In this document: piece after piece, positions 28,906 to 38,487 of the stretch
Position numbering within the stretch: position 1 is the stretch's first letter
How the letters are laid out: each line of letters opens with the position of its first letter
NCBI GenBank assembly: GCA_025699075.1
Contig: JAILWG010000002.1
Coordinates: 56,048 to 120,047, forward strand
DNA: 64,000 bases
Direction: 5' to 3'
Source of the DNA: Nitrosopumilus sp.
Lineage (GTDB): Archaea > Thermoproteota > Nitrososphaeria > Nitrososphaerales > Nitrosopumilaceae
Notes under the pieces: model-generated
Told to the model about the DNA's origin: nothing
Database searches by the model: none
Seen by the model: the letters and a program-made list of their open reading frames with translations, nothing else
Position numbers and translations under genes: made by a program

Positions 28906-29751
28906 TTATAAATTAGAAAGATATTTTTTTACAAAAGTAAGATATTTTGAACATGTTTTTTCCGGATTAATTTTCTTTCCTTCTAAATCCTCTCTTGCTC
29001 CCTGTATTATCAAATCCCCTTCATAATTTATTTTTGCTAGAGATGCAAAAAATACATCAAAATCTACATCCCCTGTTCCCAAAGTAACAGTATTGCCATG
29101 AAAAATTCTATCTTTAATATGGACATTAAAAATATGATCTTTCAGTATCGATATTTCTAATTCAGGGTCAAATCCATTTGAAATGCTATTTCCGATATCA
29201 TAATTTGCTTTAATATATGGAGAATTAAATTTATTCAATAAATCATAAAATTGATCTGGAGGAAGATCTGTTTCGAGTGTAAGAATAATGTTATTTTCTT
29301 CTAATAGTGGTATAATCGGTTTAAGATTCTTCAAAATTTCATTTACTTTATTTTTTTTTAATAAAGAAGATGAATCTACAAAAGGTAATTCAATAATCTT
29401 TATTCCGAGTTTAGAACAATGATGAATTAATTTAATCAAAACTTTAAGGTTTTTTTCAATTTCATTCTTTGGTAAATCAAATAAGAGATTTTTCATAAAA
29501 TAATCTGCACAAACAGAGTGAATGTCTATCTTACTATTTTTAATATATTTTTTAATTTCTAAAGTTCCTTTATCTGAGATTATTGGGTTATCTAAAGAAT
29601 CAAAAACCCACTCTAGTAATTCATATCCTATTTTTTCAGCTTTAGCAAATTCGTCTCTCCATTCTTTAGTTGGAAAAGCTTGAATTTCATTATTTACAGG
29701 ATTTGACAACCTTCCTTGCATGATTCCAATTTTATTTCTCATATGATTCAA
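28906..29751 (-). CDS. Sugar-phosphate isomerase/epimerase (AP-endonuclease-2 TIM barrel)
   Basis: IGIMQGRLS, LET, NYDIGNS, VHIKDR, LGTGDVDF. Confidence 0.8.
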   Translation of the reverse strand: MNHMRNKIGIMQGRLSNPVNNEIQAFPTKEWRDEFAKAEKIGYELLEWVFDSLDNPIISDKGTLEIKKYIKNSKIDIHSVCADYFMKNLLFDLPKNEIEKNLKVLIKLIHHCSKLGIKIIELPFVDSSSLLKKNKVNEILKNLKPIIPLLEENNIILTLETDLPPDQFYDLLNKFNSPYIKANYDIGNSISNGFDPELEISILKDHIFNVHIKDRIFHGNTVTLGTGDVDFDVFFASLAKINYEGDLIIQGAREDLEGKKINPEKTCSKYLTFVKKYLSNL

Positions 29752-29792
29752 CTACCAAATATTGAAATATTATTGTATTTAGGTCAAAGTAC

Positions 29793-30287
29793 TTGAATGC
29801 TACAATACGAAAAAAATGTCAAAAAATTAACATTGTTTTGACTGATGTTGATTGTGTTTTAACAGATGGAGGAATGTATTATACTGAAAATGGTGACATA
29901 ATGAAAAAATTTCATACTAGAGATGGAATGGGTGTATCATTACTTAGAAAGAAAAAAATCTCTACTATAATAATTACCAAAGAAAAAACAAAATTTGTTA
30001 AACAATGGGCCAAAAAGATGAATGTGGAAAAGCTGTATGATGGTATTCAAAAAAAGGAAGATTTGGTAATTAATATTTGTAGTAAATATAATGTGACTCT
30101 TCAAGAACTTGCATATATTGGAGATGACGTTAATGATTTGGAATTGTTGAAAAAGGTTGGATTATCAGCTACGCCTGCCGACGGAATAGATGATGCAAAA
30201 AAAGTATGTCACTATATTTGCAAATCTAAAGGTGGAGAAGGTGCATTTCGAGAATTGGCAGATTTAATACTTGAAACTAGGAAATAA
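29793..30287 (+). CDS. kdsC: KdsC-family HAD phosphatase (ulosonate-phosphate phosphatase)
   Basis: DVDCVLTDG, K.F..RDGMG, YIGDDVND, GGEGAFRE. Confidence 0.85.
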   Translation: MNATIRKKCQKINIVLTDVDCVLTDGGMYYTENGDIMKKFHTRDGMGVSLLRKKKISTIIITKEKTKFVKQWAKKMNVEKLYDGIQKKEDLVINICSKYNVTLQELAYIGDDVNDLELLKKVGLSATPADGIDDAKKVCHYICKSKGGEGAFRELADLILETRK

Positions 30288-30291
30288 TAAA

Positions 30292-30879
30292 ATGGAAACA
30301 AATTTAGAAAAAATTAACAAATTATTTATAAAAAGTTCTAATGTTATTTTAGAATCTAAAATTCTTTCTCAGAAAATCAATGATTCAATAAAATTAATTA
30401 CATTATCCCTTGAAAATAAAAAGAAAATTCTGATTTTTGGTAATGGTGGAAGTGCTGCAGATGCACAACACATGGCTGCAGAATTCATTAGTAGATATTT
30501 ACTTGAAAGATTAAGTTTACCTGCAATTGCATTAACTACAGATACCTCCATTTTAACATCTATAGGAAATGATTATGATTTTGACAAAATATTCTCAAGA
30601 CAATGTGAATCTTTGGTTGATGATGGAGATATTGTTATTGCAATTTCTACAAGTGGAAAATCTCAAAATGTAATTTTGGGTATTGAAGAAGCTAAAAGAA
30701 AAGGGGCCAAAATTATTAGCTTGACTGGCAATAATGGTGGAATATTAAATGAAATGTCTGATGTTTGTCTTGAAATCCCTTCTGATGAAACTCCTAGGAT
30801 TCAAGAAGGACATAGGATCATAATTCATATCATCTGTGAGTTAGTAGAATCGCATTTCAAGAATATGCAATCATTATAA
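30292..30879 (+). CDS. gmhA: Phosphoheptose isomerase (SIS domain)
   Basis: GNGGSAADAQH, ND..FD.IFSRQ, ISTSGKS, TPRIQEGH. Start moved to Met8. Confidence 0.9.
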   Translation: METNLEKINKLFIKSSNVILESKILSQKINDSIKLITLSLENKKKILIFGNGGSAADAQHMAAEFISRYLLERLSLPAIALTTDTSILTSIGNDYDFDKIFSRQCESLVDDGDIVIAISTSGKSQNVILGIEEAKRKGAKIISLTGNNGGILNEMSDVCLEIPSDETPRIQEGHRIIIHIICELVESHFKNMQSL

Positions 30880-30967
30880 AATTAATTCGATTTTGTAATA
30901 AGATTTAGGCGTTACCTAATTTACTCATATCAAATAAGAAAATATACTATATCTCTATACCGTATTC

Positions 30968-31660
30968 ATGCAAAATATAGTTGCAATTATTCCTGCTAGA
31001 GGAGGTTCTAAAGGAATTCCAAAAAAGAATCTGATTGATTTTTGTGGAAAACCTCTTGTGTCTTGGACAATTAGTCAAGCTTTATCTGCAAAATCCATTT
31101 CCTCAGTTTGGGTTACTTCTGATTCCAAAGAAATTCTAAATGTTGCAAAACAATTGGGAGCTAATACTATCTCTAGACCTAAATCATTGAGTTCAGATAC
31201 TTCAACAACTGAATCTACTTGGAAACATGCACTAAAAATCATTGAAGAAAAAACTGGCTCTGTAGATATAATAATTGGCCTTCAACCAACATCACCAATT
31301 AGAGAATCTAAGGATATCGAAAAAGGCATTAAAATTTTTAAAAAATCTAAATCTGATTCTTTGTTTTCAGCTACTGAAATTGGAGATTTTTACATCTGGC
31401 AAAAAAAGAATCGAAAATTAATCAGTTTAAATTATGATTATGAAAATAGAAAACGAAGACAAGATTATTCGAAACAATATGTAGAAAATGGTTCATTTTA
31501 TATTTTCAAACCGGATATTCTAAAAAAATTCAATAACCGACTAGGTGGCAAAATTGAAATCTGTTTAATGGATTTTTGGAAATCATTTGAAATTGATTCT
31601 TTTAAGGATATAGAGCTATGTGAAACATTAATGAAGCATTACATTTTAAAGAGCAAATAA
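30968..31660 (+). CDS. neuA: Acylneuraminate cytidylyltransferase
   Basis: IIPARGGSKGIPKKN, LQPTSPIR, RRQD, ENGSFY, SFEIDS. Confidence 0.92.
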   Translation: MQNIVAIIPARGGSKGIPKKNLIDFCGKPLVSWTISQALSAKSISSVWVTSDSKEILNVAKQLGANTISRPKSLSSDTSTTESTWKHALKIIEEKTGSVDIIIGLQPTSPIRESKDIEKGIKIFKKSKSDSLFSATEIGDFYIWQKKNRKLISLNYDYENRKRRQDYSKQYVENGSFYIFKPDILKKFNNRLGGKIEICLMDFWKSFEIDSFKDIELCETLMKHYILKSK

Positions 31661-31663
31661 GAT

Positions 31664-32539
31664 TTGAGTGGAAAAAAATTAAATGTTGGACCGAGTCCAA
31701 TTTGGAGAAAAGATGGTTGGATTGCCATTGATCATAAACCAAGTAGAGTTGATCAACCGACAATTTTAGGGGATGCAAGCAATATTCCATTAGATGATAA
31801 AAGCTGTTCTATAATATTTTGTAGTCATGTTTTTGAACATATTCCCCATTACAAATTGGAGCAAATTTTACTTGAATTTAATAGAGTATTAGAAAAAAAT
31901 GGCACAGTAAGAATTCTAACTCCAGATTTGTATGTTATAGCAAAAGCCTATGTTGAAAAAGACAAAGAAATGTTTGATAAATTAATTTCAGAGGATGAAA
32001 ATGTTAGGACAGATTTAGGACTAGGTGGAACTTTCATGAATTTTATTGTTTCACCTGGTCAAGATACTGCTTTATTCAACAAATCCTTAACTGAATTCAT
32101 AGGTGGTTATGCACATGTTTATCTTTATGATTTTGAAATGCTGAAAACTCTTTTTGAAAAATATGGATTTAAAGCTGAACAAAAAAAATTCTGTGAATCA
32201 ACTATTCCAGATTTCTCTGAACCTTTACATGTAGAAAGTATGGATCCTATTTGGATTGATTTGAATAAAGAATTTTTTAACAAACATAATTTTGTTCATA
32301 GTTATAATGAGAAAGAGGGAAAATATGAAACAAACTTTGCTATAACTGGATTTGATAGAGATCCTGCTGCATCATTGATTATTGAAGCTACCAAAATTGA
32401 TGATGTAAATGAATTAAATATTTTGGATAAACGTGGATATTCCTATAGTAAATCTCTTTTAGATGATAAAGACTTCAGATTAAAAACCAAAATCATTACT
32501 TCAACTTCTAAAATATTAGAAGATGAATTGGAGGGCTAA
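31664..32539 (+). CDS. Class I SAM-dependent methyltransferase-like protein
   Basis: LNVG, GDASNIPL, CSHVFEHI, RVLEKNG.VRILTPD (Methyltransf_11-like). Confidence 0.7.
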   Translation: MSGKKLNVGPSPIWRKDGWIAIDHKPSRVDQPTILGDASNIPLDDKSCSIIFCSHVFEHIPHYKLEQILLEFNRVLEKNGTVRILTPDLYVIAKAYVEKDKEMFDKLISEDENVRTDLGLGGTFMNFIVSPGQDTALFNKSLTEFIGGYAHVYLYDFEMLKTLFEKYGFKAEQKKFCESTIPDFSEPLHVESMDPIWIDLNKEFFNKHNFVHSYNEKEGKYETNFAITGFDRDPAASLIIEATKIDDVNELNILDKRGYSYSKSLLDDKDFRLKTKIITSTSKILEDELEG

Positions 32540-32541
32540 AA

Positions 32542-33516
32542 TTGAGATATGTGTACATGAATGGAGATTTTGTTCCTGAAAAGGAAGCTAAAGTTTCCAT
32601 TTATGATTCATCATTAATGTTTGGTGATATGGTTTTTGAGATGACCCGTTCATTTAACAAAAAACAATTCAAACTTCGTGATCATTTGGAAAGACTATAT
32701 TCTTCTCTGAAATATGTTCACATCCCACTTAAAATGACAATAGATGAAATGGAAAAAGCATGTCTTGAAACAATTGAAAAAAATGAACTGTCATTTACAG
32801 ACACCGATGAGCACAGATTGATGATAAATGTGAGTAGAGGTCCGCTGTCAATTTATTCAGAAATTTTTGATGGAAAGTTAGAACCTTTGGTAATTATTTC
32901 TGATTTTCCATTAAAATGGACTGTCTCAGGAATGGGAAAGTTGTTTGATTCTGGAATAAATGCAGTTATTCCATCACAGAGAGCAATTCCGTCATATTTG
33001 CTAGATGCAAAAATCAAAAATCGAAGTAGAATTCATTATATGATGGCAAATATTGAAGTGTCGCAATTACCTGGTGATAATAATTGGCCTTTATTATTAG
33101 ATCCAGATGGATTCGTTGCTGAAGGTACAGGAGACAATTTCTTTTTGGTGAAAAATAATGTTCTATATACTCCTGAACCAAGAAATATTTTACGAGGAAT
33201 AAGTCGTCAATATATTTTTGATTTAGCAAAAGAGTTGGGAATAACTTATGTGGAAAAAAATTTAGAATTGTATGATGTTGTTATTGCTGATGAAGCATTT
33301 ATGACTGGTACGCCTTTTTGTTTACTTCCTGTAACAAAAATTAATGGAATGCAAATTGGAAAAGGAAAAAGAGGTGATATTACCAATTCATTACTGTCAA
33401 AATGGAGTGATAATGTTGGATTAAACATAGAAGATCAAATTAAAGAATTTAATCACGAGATGGAAAATTATGGTACTAACGGTTCAACTCCATACAGATT
33501 TAAAGATGATTCATAA
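32542..33516 (+). CDS. Class IV (fold-type IV) PLP aminotransferase
   Basis: VSIYD...FGD.VFE.TR, HLERL, KIKNRSR (PLP Lys), EGTGDNFF, LRGISR, ADEAFMTGT. Confidence 0.88.
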   Translation: MRYVYMNGDFVPEKEAKVSIYDSSLMFGDMVFEMTRSFNKKQFKLRDHLERLYSSLKYVHIPLKMTIDEMEKACLETIEKNELSFTDTDEHRLMINVSRGPLSIYSEIFDGKLEPLVIISDFPLKWTVSGMGKLFDSGINAVIPSQRAIPSYLLDAKIKNRSRIHYMMANIEVSQLPGDNNWPLLLDPDGFVAEGTGDNFFLVKNNVLYTPEPRNILRGISRQYIFDLAKELGITYVEKNLELYDVVIADEAFMTGTPFCLLPVTKINGMQIGKGKRGDITNSLLSKWSDNVGLNIEDQIKEFNHEMENYGTNGSTPYRFKDDS

Positions 33517-33519
33517 AAA

Positions 33520-34275
33520 ATGGAACTTGAATTAAAAAATAAAATTGCACTTGTCACTGGTTCAAGTAAAGGAATTGGTAAAGAGATTGCAAGTACATTA
33601 CTTGATGAGGGTTGTAAAGTAATTTTAAATGGAAGAGATAAAAAATCTCTTGAAAAAACTTCTAAATCATTTAATCCACCACCAAAATTTATCGTTACTG
33701 ATGTGACAAAACCATTAGAATGTAAAAAACTAATTAAAAAAATCATTCAACTTTATGGTCGTTTAGACATACTTGTTTGTAATGTTGGAGATGGAAAATC
33801 CGCGGCTCCCGGTAAAGAAACTATTTCTGAATGGAAAAGAATGTTTGAAGCAAATTTACAGAGTGCCACTAATATGATTGAAGCATCTAAAAATGAATTA
33901 TCCAAAACTAAAGGATCGATTCTATGTATTTCATCTATTGCAGGAATTACCTTCCTTGGAGGTGCACCTATTCCTTATTCTGTAAGTAAATCTGCTTTGA
34001 ATACATACGTAAAATGTTCATCAAGACCTTTAGGAGAAAAAAATATTAGAATAAATGCTATTGCTCCTGGAAATATCATGTTTGAAGGTTCTATATGGGA
34101 AAAAAAGCAAAAGAAAAACCCTTCATTAGTCAAAAAATTACTGAAAAATGAAGTATCCCTTCATAGATTTGGAACACCTAGAGATATTGCAAATCTTGCT
34201 GTATTCCTTTCATCTCCAAAGTCTTCTTTCATTACTGGTTCTATCTACGTTGTAGATGGTGGTCAAATTAGATAA
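33520..34275 (+). CDS. Short-chain dehydrogenase/reductase
   Basis: TGSSKGIG, YSVSK, IRINAIAPGNI, VDGG. Confidence 0.9.
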   Translation: MELELKNKIALVTGSSKGIGKEIASTLLDEGCKVILNGRDKKSLEKTSKSFNPPPKFIVTDVTKPLECKKLIKKIIQLYGRLDILVCNVGDGKSAAPGKETISEWKRMFEANLQSATNMIEASKNELSKTKGSILCISSIAGITFLGGAPIPYSVSKSALNTYVKCSSRPLGEKNIRINAIAPGNIMFEGSIWEKKQKKNPSLVKKLLKNEVSLHRFGTPRDIANLAVFLSSPKSSFITGSIYVVDGGQIR

Positions 34276-34360
34276 TTTTTCAATCTTTTGTTATTTTTAT
34301 ATTTAATTTTGATCTTAATTTTCAATGCTAAATCATATTTACTACTAACAAAATGATGAT

Positions 34361-35278
34361 GTGATGAATTCTAAGTCTTTATCTCGTGGAAAATTAACTA
34401 TTGGGTTGCCTGTTTACAACGGTGAAAAATTTCTTCATAAATGTCTTGATTCGTTACTTGAACAATCATTTGAAAATTTTGAGATAATTATTTCTGATAA
34501 TGCATCAACAGATAAAACTCAAAATATTTGCCAAGAATATTCTGAAAAAGATAAACGTATACGTTATATCAGACAAGAAAAAAATATTGGATTATTACCA
34601 AATTTTAATTTTGTTTTAGATCAATCAAATAATGAATTTTTTATGTGGATGGGAGTTGATGATTATATTCTACCTGATTATGTTAAAAAAAATATGGATG
34701 TTTTGGCATCAAATTCAAACGTGGTGGGAAGTGTAAGCAAGATAAAACCTTACAATTTTTCAGATTCACCCACCAATCAAATTGATTCAAAATTTATTGA
34801 TTTTACTAAAAAATTGAGAACTAGATTCAAAAAATTAGATGCATTTTCAATTTCTGGAAATTATGATCAAAAGGTTAGAAACTATCTCACTGGTTCAACT
34901 TGTCAAGTTATTTATGGGATTTTTAGAACTGATAAACTTCAAAAATCCATTATACCATCATTATTTGTAGGTCTTGATTGGGCTGAAATGCTTAATGTAC
35001 TAAAATTTGGAGATATTCACGTGATTAATGAAGTATTGATGTATGAATTTGAAGGTGGTAGGAGTTCGGGTGGAATTTTACATATTTCAAAAACTTACAA
35101 TCCAAATGTATTTTCTATTATATTTCCCTGGTTTCCTTTTACAAATACATGCCTGAAAATTCTGGGTGTTAAATTATTCTTAAAAAATTTAGATTATTTT
35201 ATTAAATTAAATTTTGAAGGTTTTGTTTCTCAAATTATTGATTTAACTAGACTATTGTTCCAAAAACTCAATAAATAA
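34361..35278 (+). CDS. GT2 glycosyltransferase
   Basis: GLPVYNGE, SDNASTD, NIG..NFN, WMGVDD. Confidence 0.88.
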   Translation: MMNSKSLSRGKLTIGLPVYNGEKFLHKCLDSLLEQSFENFEIIISDNASTDKTQNICQEYSEKDKRIRYIRQEKNIGLLPNFNFVLDQSNNEFFMWMGVDDYILPDYVKKNMDVLASNSNVVGSVSKIKPYNFSDSPTNQIDSKFIDFTKKLRTRFKKLDAFSISGNYDQKVRNYLTGSTCQVIYGIFRTDKLQKSIIPSLFVGLDWAEMLNVLKFGDIHVINEVLMYEFEGGRSSGGILHISKTYNPNVFSIIFPWFPFTNTCLKILGVKLFLKNLDYFIKLNFEGFVSQIIDLTRLLFQKLNK

Positions 35279-35326
35279 AACTGACCTATGTTTAACAATT
35301 AAATCATTCATTATTAACAAATTCTT

Positions 35327-36229
35327 ATGAAATATAGAATATTGGGAAAAACTGGTTTGGAAACGTCAGTTATTGGAATGGGAACTGATCAATTTTATGG
35401 TGAATGGGGACAAAATTTCTCTCAAACTATTATAGATAAAATTATTGATAGAGCTCATGAATTAGGAATCAATTTTATTGATACAGCTGAATGTTATGGC
35501 GATCATCTCTCTGAATCTTTTGTTGGAAATGCAATCAAAAAGAGAGAAGATTGGATAATTGCAACAAAATTTGGGCATAAATATCATGGATTTCAAAAAC
35601 AAAGAACTACACATTTTGATGTAAAAGGGATAGAAGAACAATTGGATAATTCATTAAAAGCATTAAAAACAGATTACATTGATTTTTATCAATTTCATAG
35701 TCCAACAAATGAAGAATTTTTTAATGAAGATGTTTGGGCTTTTTTGGAAAAAAAAGTTAGTGAGGGTAAAATCAGACATATTGGTATAGCGTTAATTGCA
35801 TCAGCAGTAAACGATGATGATATGTTTCAACTTAATCAAGCTGAAGCAGCTAAAGTAGAAATGTTTCAAATTGTATATAATAGAATTAACAAAAAAGCTG
35901 AAGAAAAAGTTCTTCCTTTTTGTCAAAAAAACAATTTTGGTGTACTAGCTAGAATTCCCTTGGCTAGAGGACACTTGACTGGAAAATATAATCCTGATGT
36001 AACTTTTCCATCTAATGATAGAAGATCATTTGAAAATAAAGAACAAACTATCAAACAGTTAGAATTTGTTCAAACCCTTAAAGAAAATGAAGTTCCCCCA
36101 AATGCAAATATGGCACAATGGGCATTATCGTGGTGTTTGCAAAATCCGATTATATCTGCAGTAATTCCTGGAATGAAAAATTTAGAACAAGTTGAACTTA
36201 ATGCAAAAGCAGCTGATTTAGATTTCTAG
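35327..36229 (+). CDS. Aldo/keto reductase
   Basis: GINFIDTAECYG, IATKFG, SLKALKTDYIDFYQFH, PLARGHLTGK, VIPG. Confidence 0.92.
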   Translation: MKYRILGKTGLETSVIGMGTDQFYGEWGQNFSQTIIDKIIDRAHELGINFIDTAECYGDHLSESFVGNAIKKREDWIIATKFGHKYHGFQKQRTTHFDVKGIEEQLDNSLKALKTDYIDFYQFHSPTNEEFFNEDVWAFLEKKVSEGKIRHIGIALIASAVNDDDMFQLNQAEAAKVEMFQIVYNRINKKAEEKVLPFCQKNNFGVLARIPLARGHLTGKYNPDVTFPSNDRRSFENKEQTIKQLEFVQTLKENEVPPNANMAQWALSWCLQNPIISAVIPGMKNLEQVELNAKAADLDF

Positions 36230-36309
36230 ATATGTTTAATTTTTTGTACTTGTATATCTCATCTACAACTCAGTAAACAATATATTCATTCTAATTTGGA
36301 TTAAACGCA

Positions 36310-37050
36310 TTGGATGATGGAAATATAGTTACAAAATTTTATGAAACTGATAAAATTTATCTAGAAGAACGTGAAAAATTATCCCAAAAGTATGGTAAGC
36401 AAGATTTATGGGACGTAATTGATCCTTGGGGTCTTGCAGTAGGAATTTCAAATTTATCCATAAAATTATCTATTGCAGATCTTTTGCGTTCTACTCTGGA
36501 TGTTCCAGGACATATTGCCGAATTTGGTACATGGAGAGGTGACAATCTATTATTCATGGCAAAAATCTTAAAAATTTATGATCCATATGGTAGCAAATTA
36601 CTTCATGCTTTTGATAGTTTTGAGGGATTAACAGAATTTACTGAAGAAGACAAAGTTTCACCTGAATCTGTAAAAGGATTATACAAAGGATCTTATGAAA
36701 AACTTATGGATTTTATTTCATTGTATAAAATGAATAATGACATCGTTATTCATAAAGGTCTGATTGAGGATACACTCCCAAAAGCAGTAGAAGAAAATAA
36801 GGCATTATCATTTTCTTTTGTATATTGTGATACTGATCTCTATAGTTCAACTAAAGTAATTTTAGATAATTTACATGATAGATTGTCAAAAGGTGGATTG
36901 TTTGTTTTTGATGAATGGAATCATGAAGTTTTTCATGGTGAGGGTTTAGCTGTAAGAGAGTTCTTAAAAGAACATGGCCAAAAATACAAAATGCACCATG
37001 TTAAAAATACAAGACAACCAAATATGGTCTTAGAAAAAATCGATTTTTAA
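36310..37050 (+). CDS. TylF/MycF/NovP-like sugar O-methyltransferase
   Basis: VPGHIAEFGTWRG, FDSFEGL, DTDLYSST, GG..VFDEW. Confidence 0.85.
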   Translation: MDDGNIVTKFYETDKIYLEEREKLSQKYGKQDLWDVIDPWGLAVGISNLSIKLSIADLLRSTLDVPGHIAEFGTWRGDNLLFMAKILKIYDPYGSKLLHAFDSFEGLTEFTEEDKVSPESVKGLYKGSYEKLMDFISLYKMNNDIVIHKGLIEDTLPKAVEENKALSFSFVYCDTDLYSSTKVILDNLHDRLSKGGLFVFDEWNHEVFHGEGLAVREFLKEHGQKYKMHHVKNTRQPNMVLEKIDF

Positions 37051-37105
37051 ATCTAATCCAAACAAAATACTACATTTTTAAATTGCATCATCTATTTTAT
37101 TGTAA

Positions 37106-37537
37106 TTGGAAAATATTCGACATTTAGGATTAGTAGTTTCAAATATGGAAAAAGCATTAAAATTTTATCAGGATTTGTTAGGATTACATGTTCAAGGCAA
37201 AACTGATGAAAATGGGGAATTTATCTCTACAGTATTGTCTTCTCAAAATATTAAAGTTAAAACTGTAAAACTATCGGCAGATGATAATTCTACCAGACTT
37301 GAATTGTTACAATTTGAAAATCCTAAAATTAACCAAACAAAAAAAATTAGTCTATTTGAACCAGGCTTTACTCATATTGCCTTAACTGTAAAAAATCTTG
37401 ATGAAATATATCTACGTCTAAAAAATTCAAAAACAGAGTTTAATTCTATTCCAACAATTTCTTCAAATGGAACATTAAAAGTAGTTTTTTGTAAAGATTT
37501 TGAAGGGAATTATTTAGAGTTAATTGAAGAGATTTGA
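37106..37537 (+). CDS. VOC/glyoxalase family protein
   Basis: HLGLVVSN.EKALKFY...LELLQF...THIAL.V...DFEGN.LELIE. Confidence 0.85.
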   Translation: MENIRHLGLVVSNMEKALKFYQDLLGLHVQGKTDENGEFISTVLSSQNIKVKTVKLSADDNSTRLELLQFENPKINQTKKISLFEPGFTHIALTVKNLDEIYLRLKNSKTEFNSIPTISSNGTLKVVFCKDFEGNYLELIEEI

Positions 37538-37596
37538 TATTTCATTTTCTTGCTAAACCTTGATATTTAACTACTTTTTAAAAAATTCAAAAGGTT

Positions 37597-38487
37597 TTGT
37601 CTTCTAAAAAAATAGTAATTACTGGGTCTGAAAGTTTTATTGGAAAAACACTCATCTCTCAATTGCAATCTTCTGATTATGAAATTATTGGATTTGATTC
37701 TTTAAAGCCAACAAATCCTGCCTATGAATTTCATCAAATTGACATTCGAAATTCTGAAATTAATAAATTAATTCCTCTTGATACTGATGGCTTAATTCAT
37801 TTAGCTGCTTTATCTCGTGATCCTGACTGTAAAAATAGAGCCATTGAATGTTTTGATGTAAATGTCATGGGGACTTTGAATTTAATTAAAGCTGCACATC
37901 TCCAAAACGTTAAACAGTTTATTTTTGCATCAAGTGAATGGGTTTATGATAAATTTGTTGATTCTGAAGAAAAAAATGAAGATTCAGAAATTAATATAGC
38001 AAATCATAATTCTGAATATGCTCTTTCTAAATTAGTTACTGAATCAAATCTTCGTCAACAACACAATAATGGATTTTGTGATGTAACAATCCTACGATTT
38101 GGTATTATTTACGGTCCAAGAAAATCAAATTGGTCTGCTGTTGAATCCATATTACATCAAGTTAAAAATCAAGATAAAGTTTCAGTTGGATCGTTGAAAA
38201 CAGGTAGGAGATTTGTACATGTTTCAGATATTGCTAGAGGAATAATCCATTCATTTGGATTAGAAGGTTTCAACATAATTAATTTGACTGGAAATCAAAT
38301 TAATACATTAAAAGATATTATTGAGACATCTCAGGAAGTACTTGGTAAAAAAATACAAATTTTTGAAAGCAATCCTGAACAAATTAGTATTAGAAATCCT
38401 TCAAATAGTAAAGCTAAAAAAATCATTAATTGGGAACCAAAAATTGACTTAAAAACAGGTTTGGAATCCTTATTACCATATGTGTGA
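37597..38487 (+). CDS. NAD-dependent NDP-sugar epimerase/dehydratase
   Basis: TGSESFIG, HLAALS, ASSEWVY, YALSK, LRFGIIYGP. Confidence 0.88.
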   Translation: MSSKKIVITGSESFIGKTLISQLQSSDYEIIGFDSLKPTNPAYEFHQIDIRNSEINKLIPLDTDGLIHLAALSRDPDCKNRAIECFDVNVMGTLNLIKAAHLQNVKQFIFASSEWVYDKFVDSEEKNEDSEINIANHNSEYALSKLVTESNLRQQHNNGFCDVTILRFGIIYGPRKSNWSAVESILHQVKNQDKVSVGSLKTGRRFVHVSDIARGIIHSFGLEGFNIINLTGNQINTLKDIIETSQEVLGKKIQIFESNPEQISIRNPSNSKAKKIINWEPKIDLKTGLESLLPYV

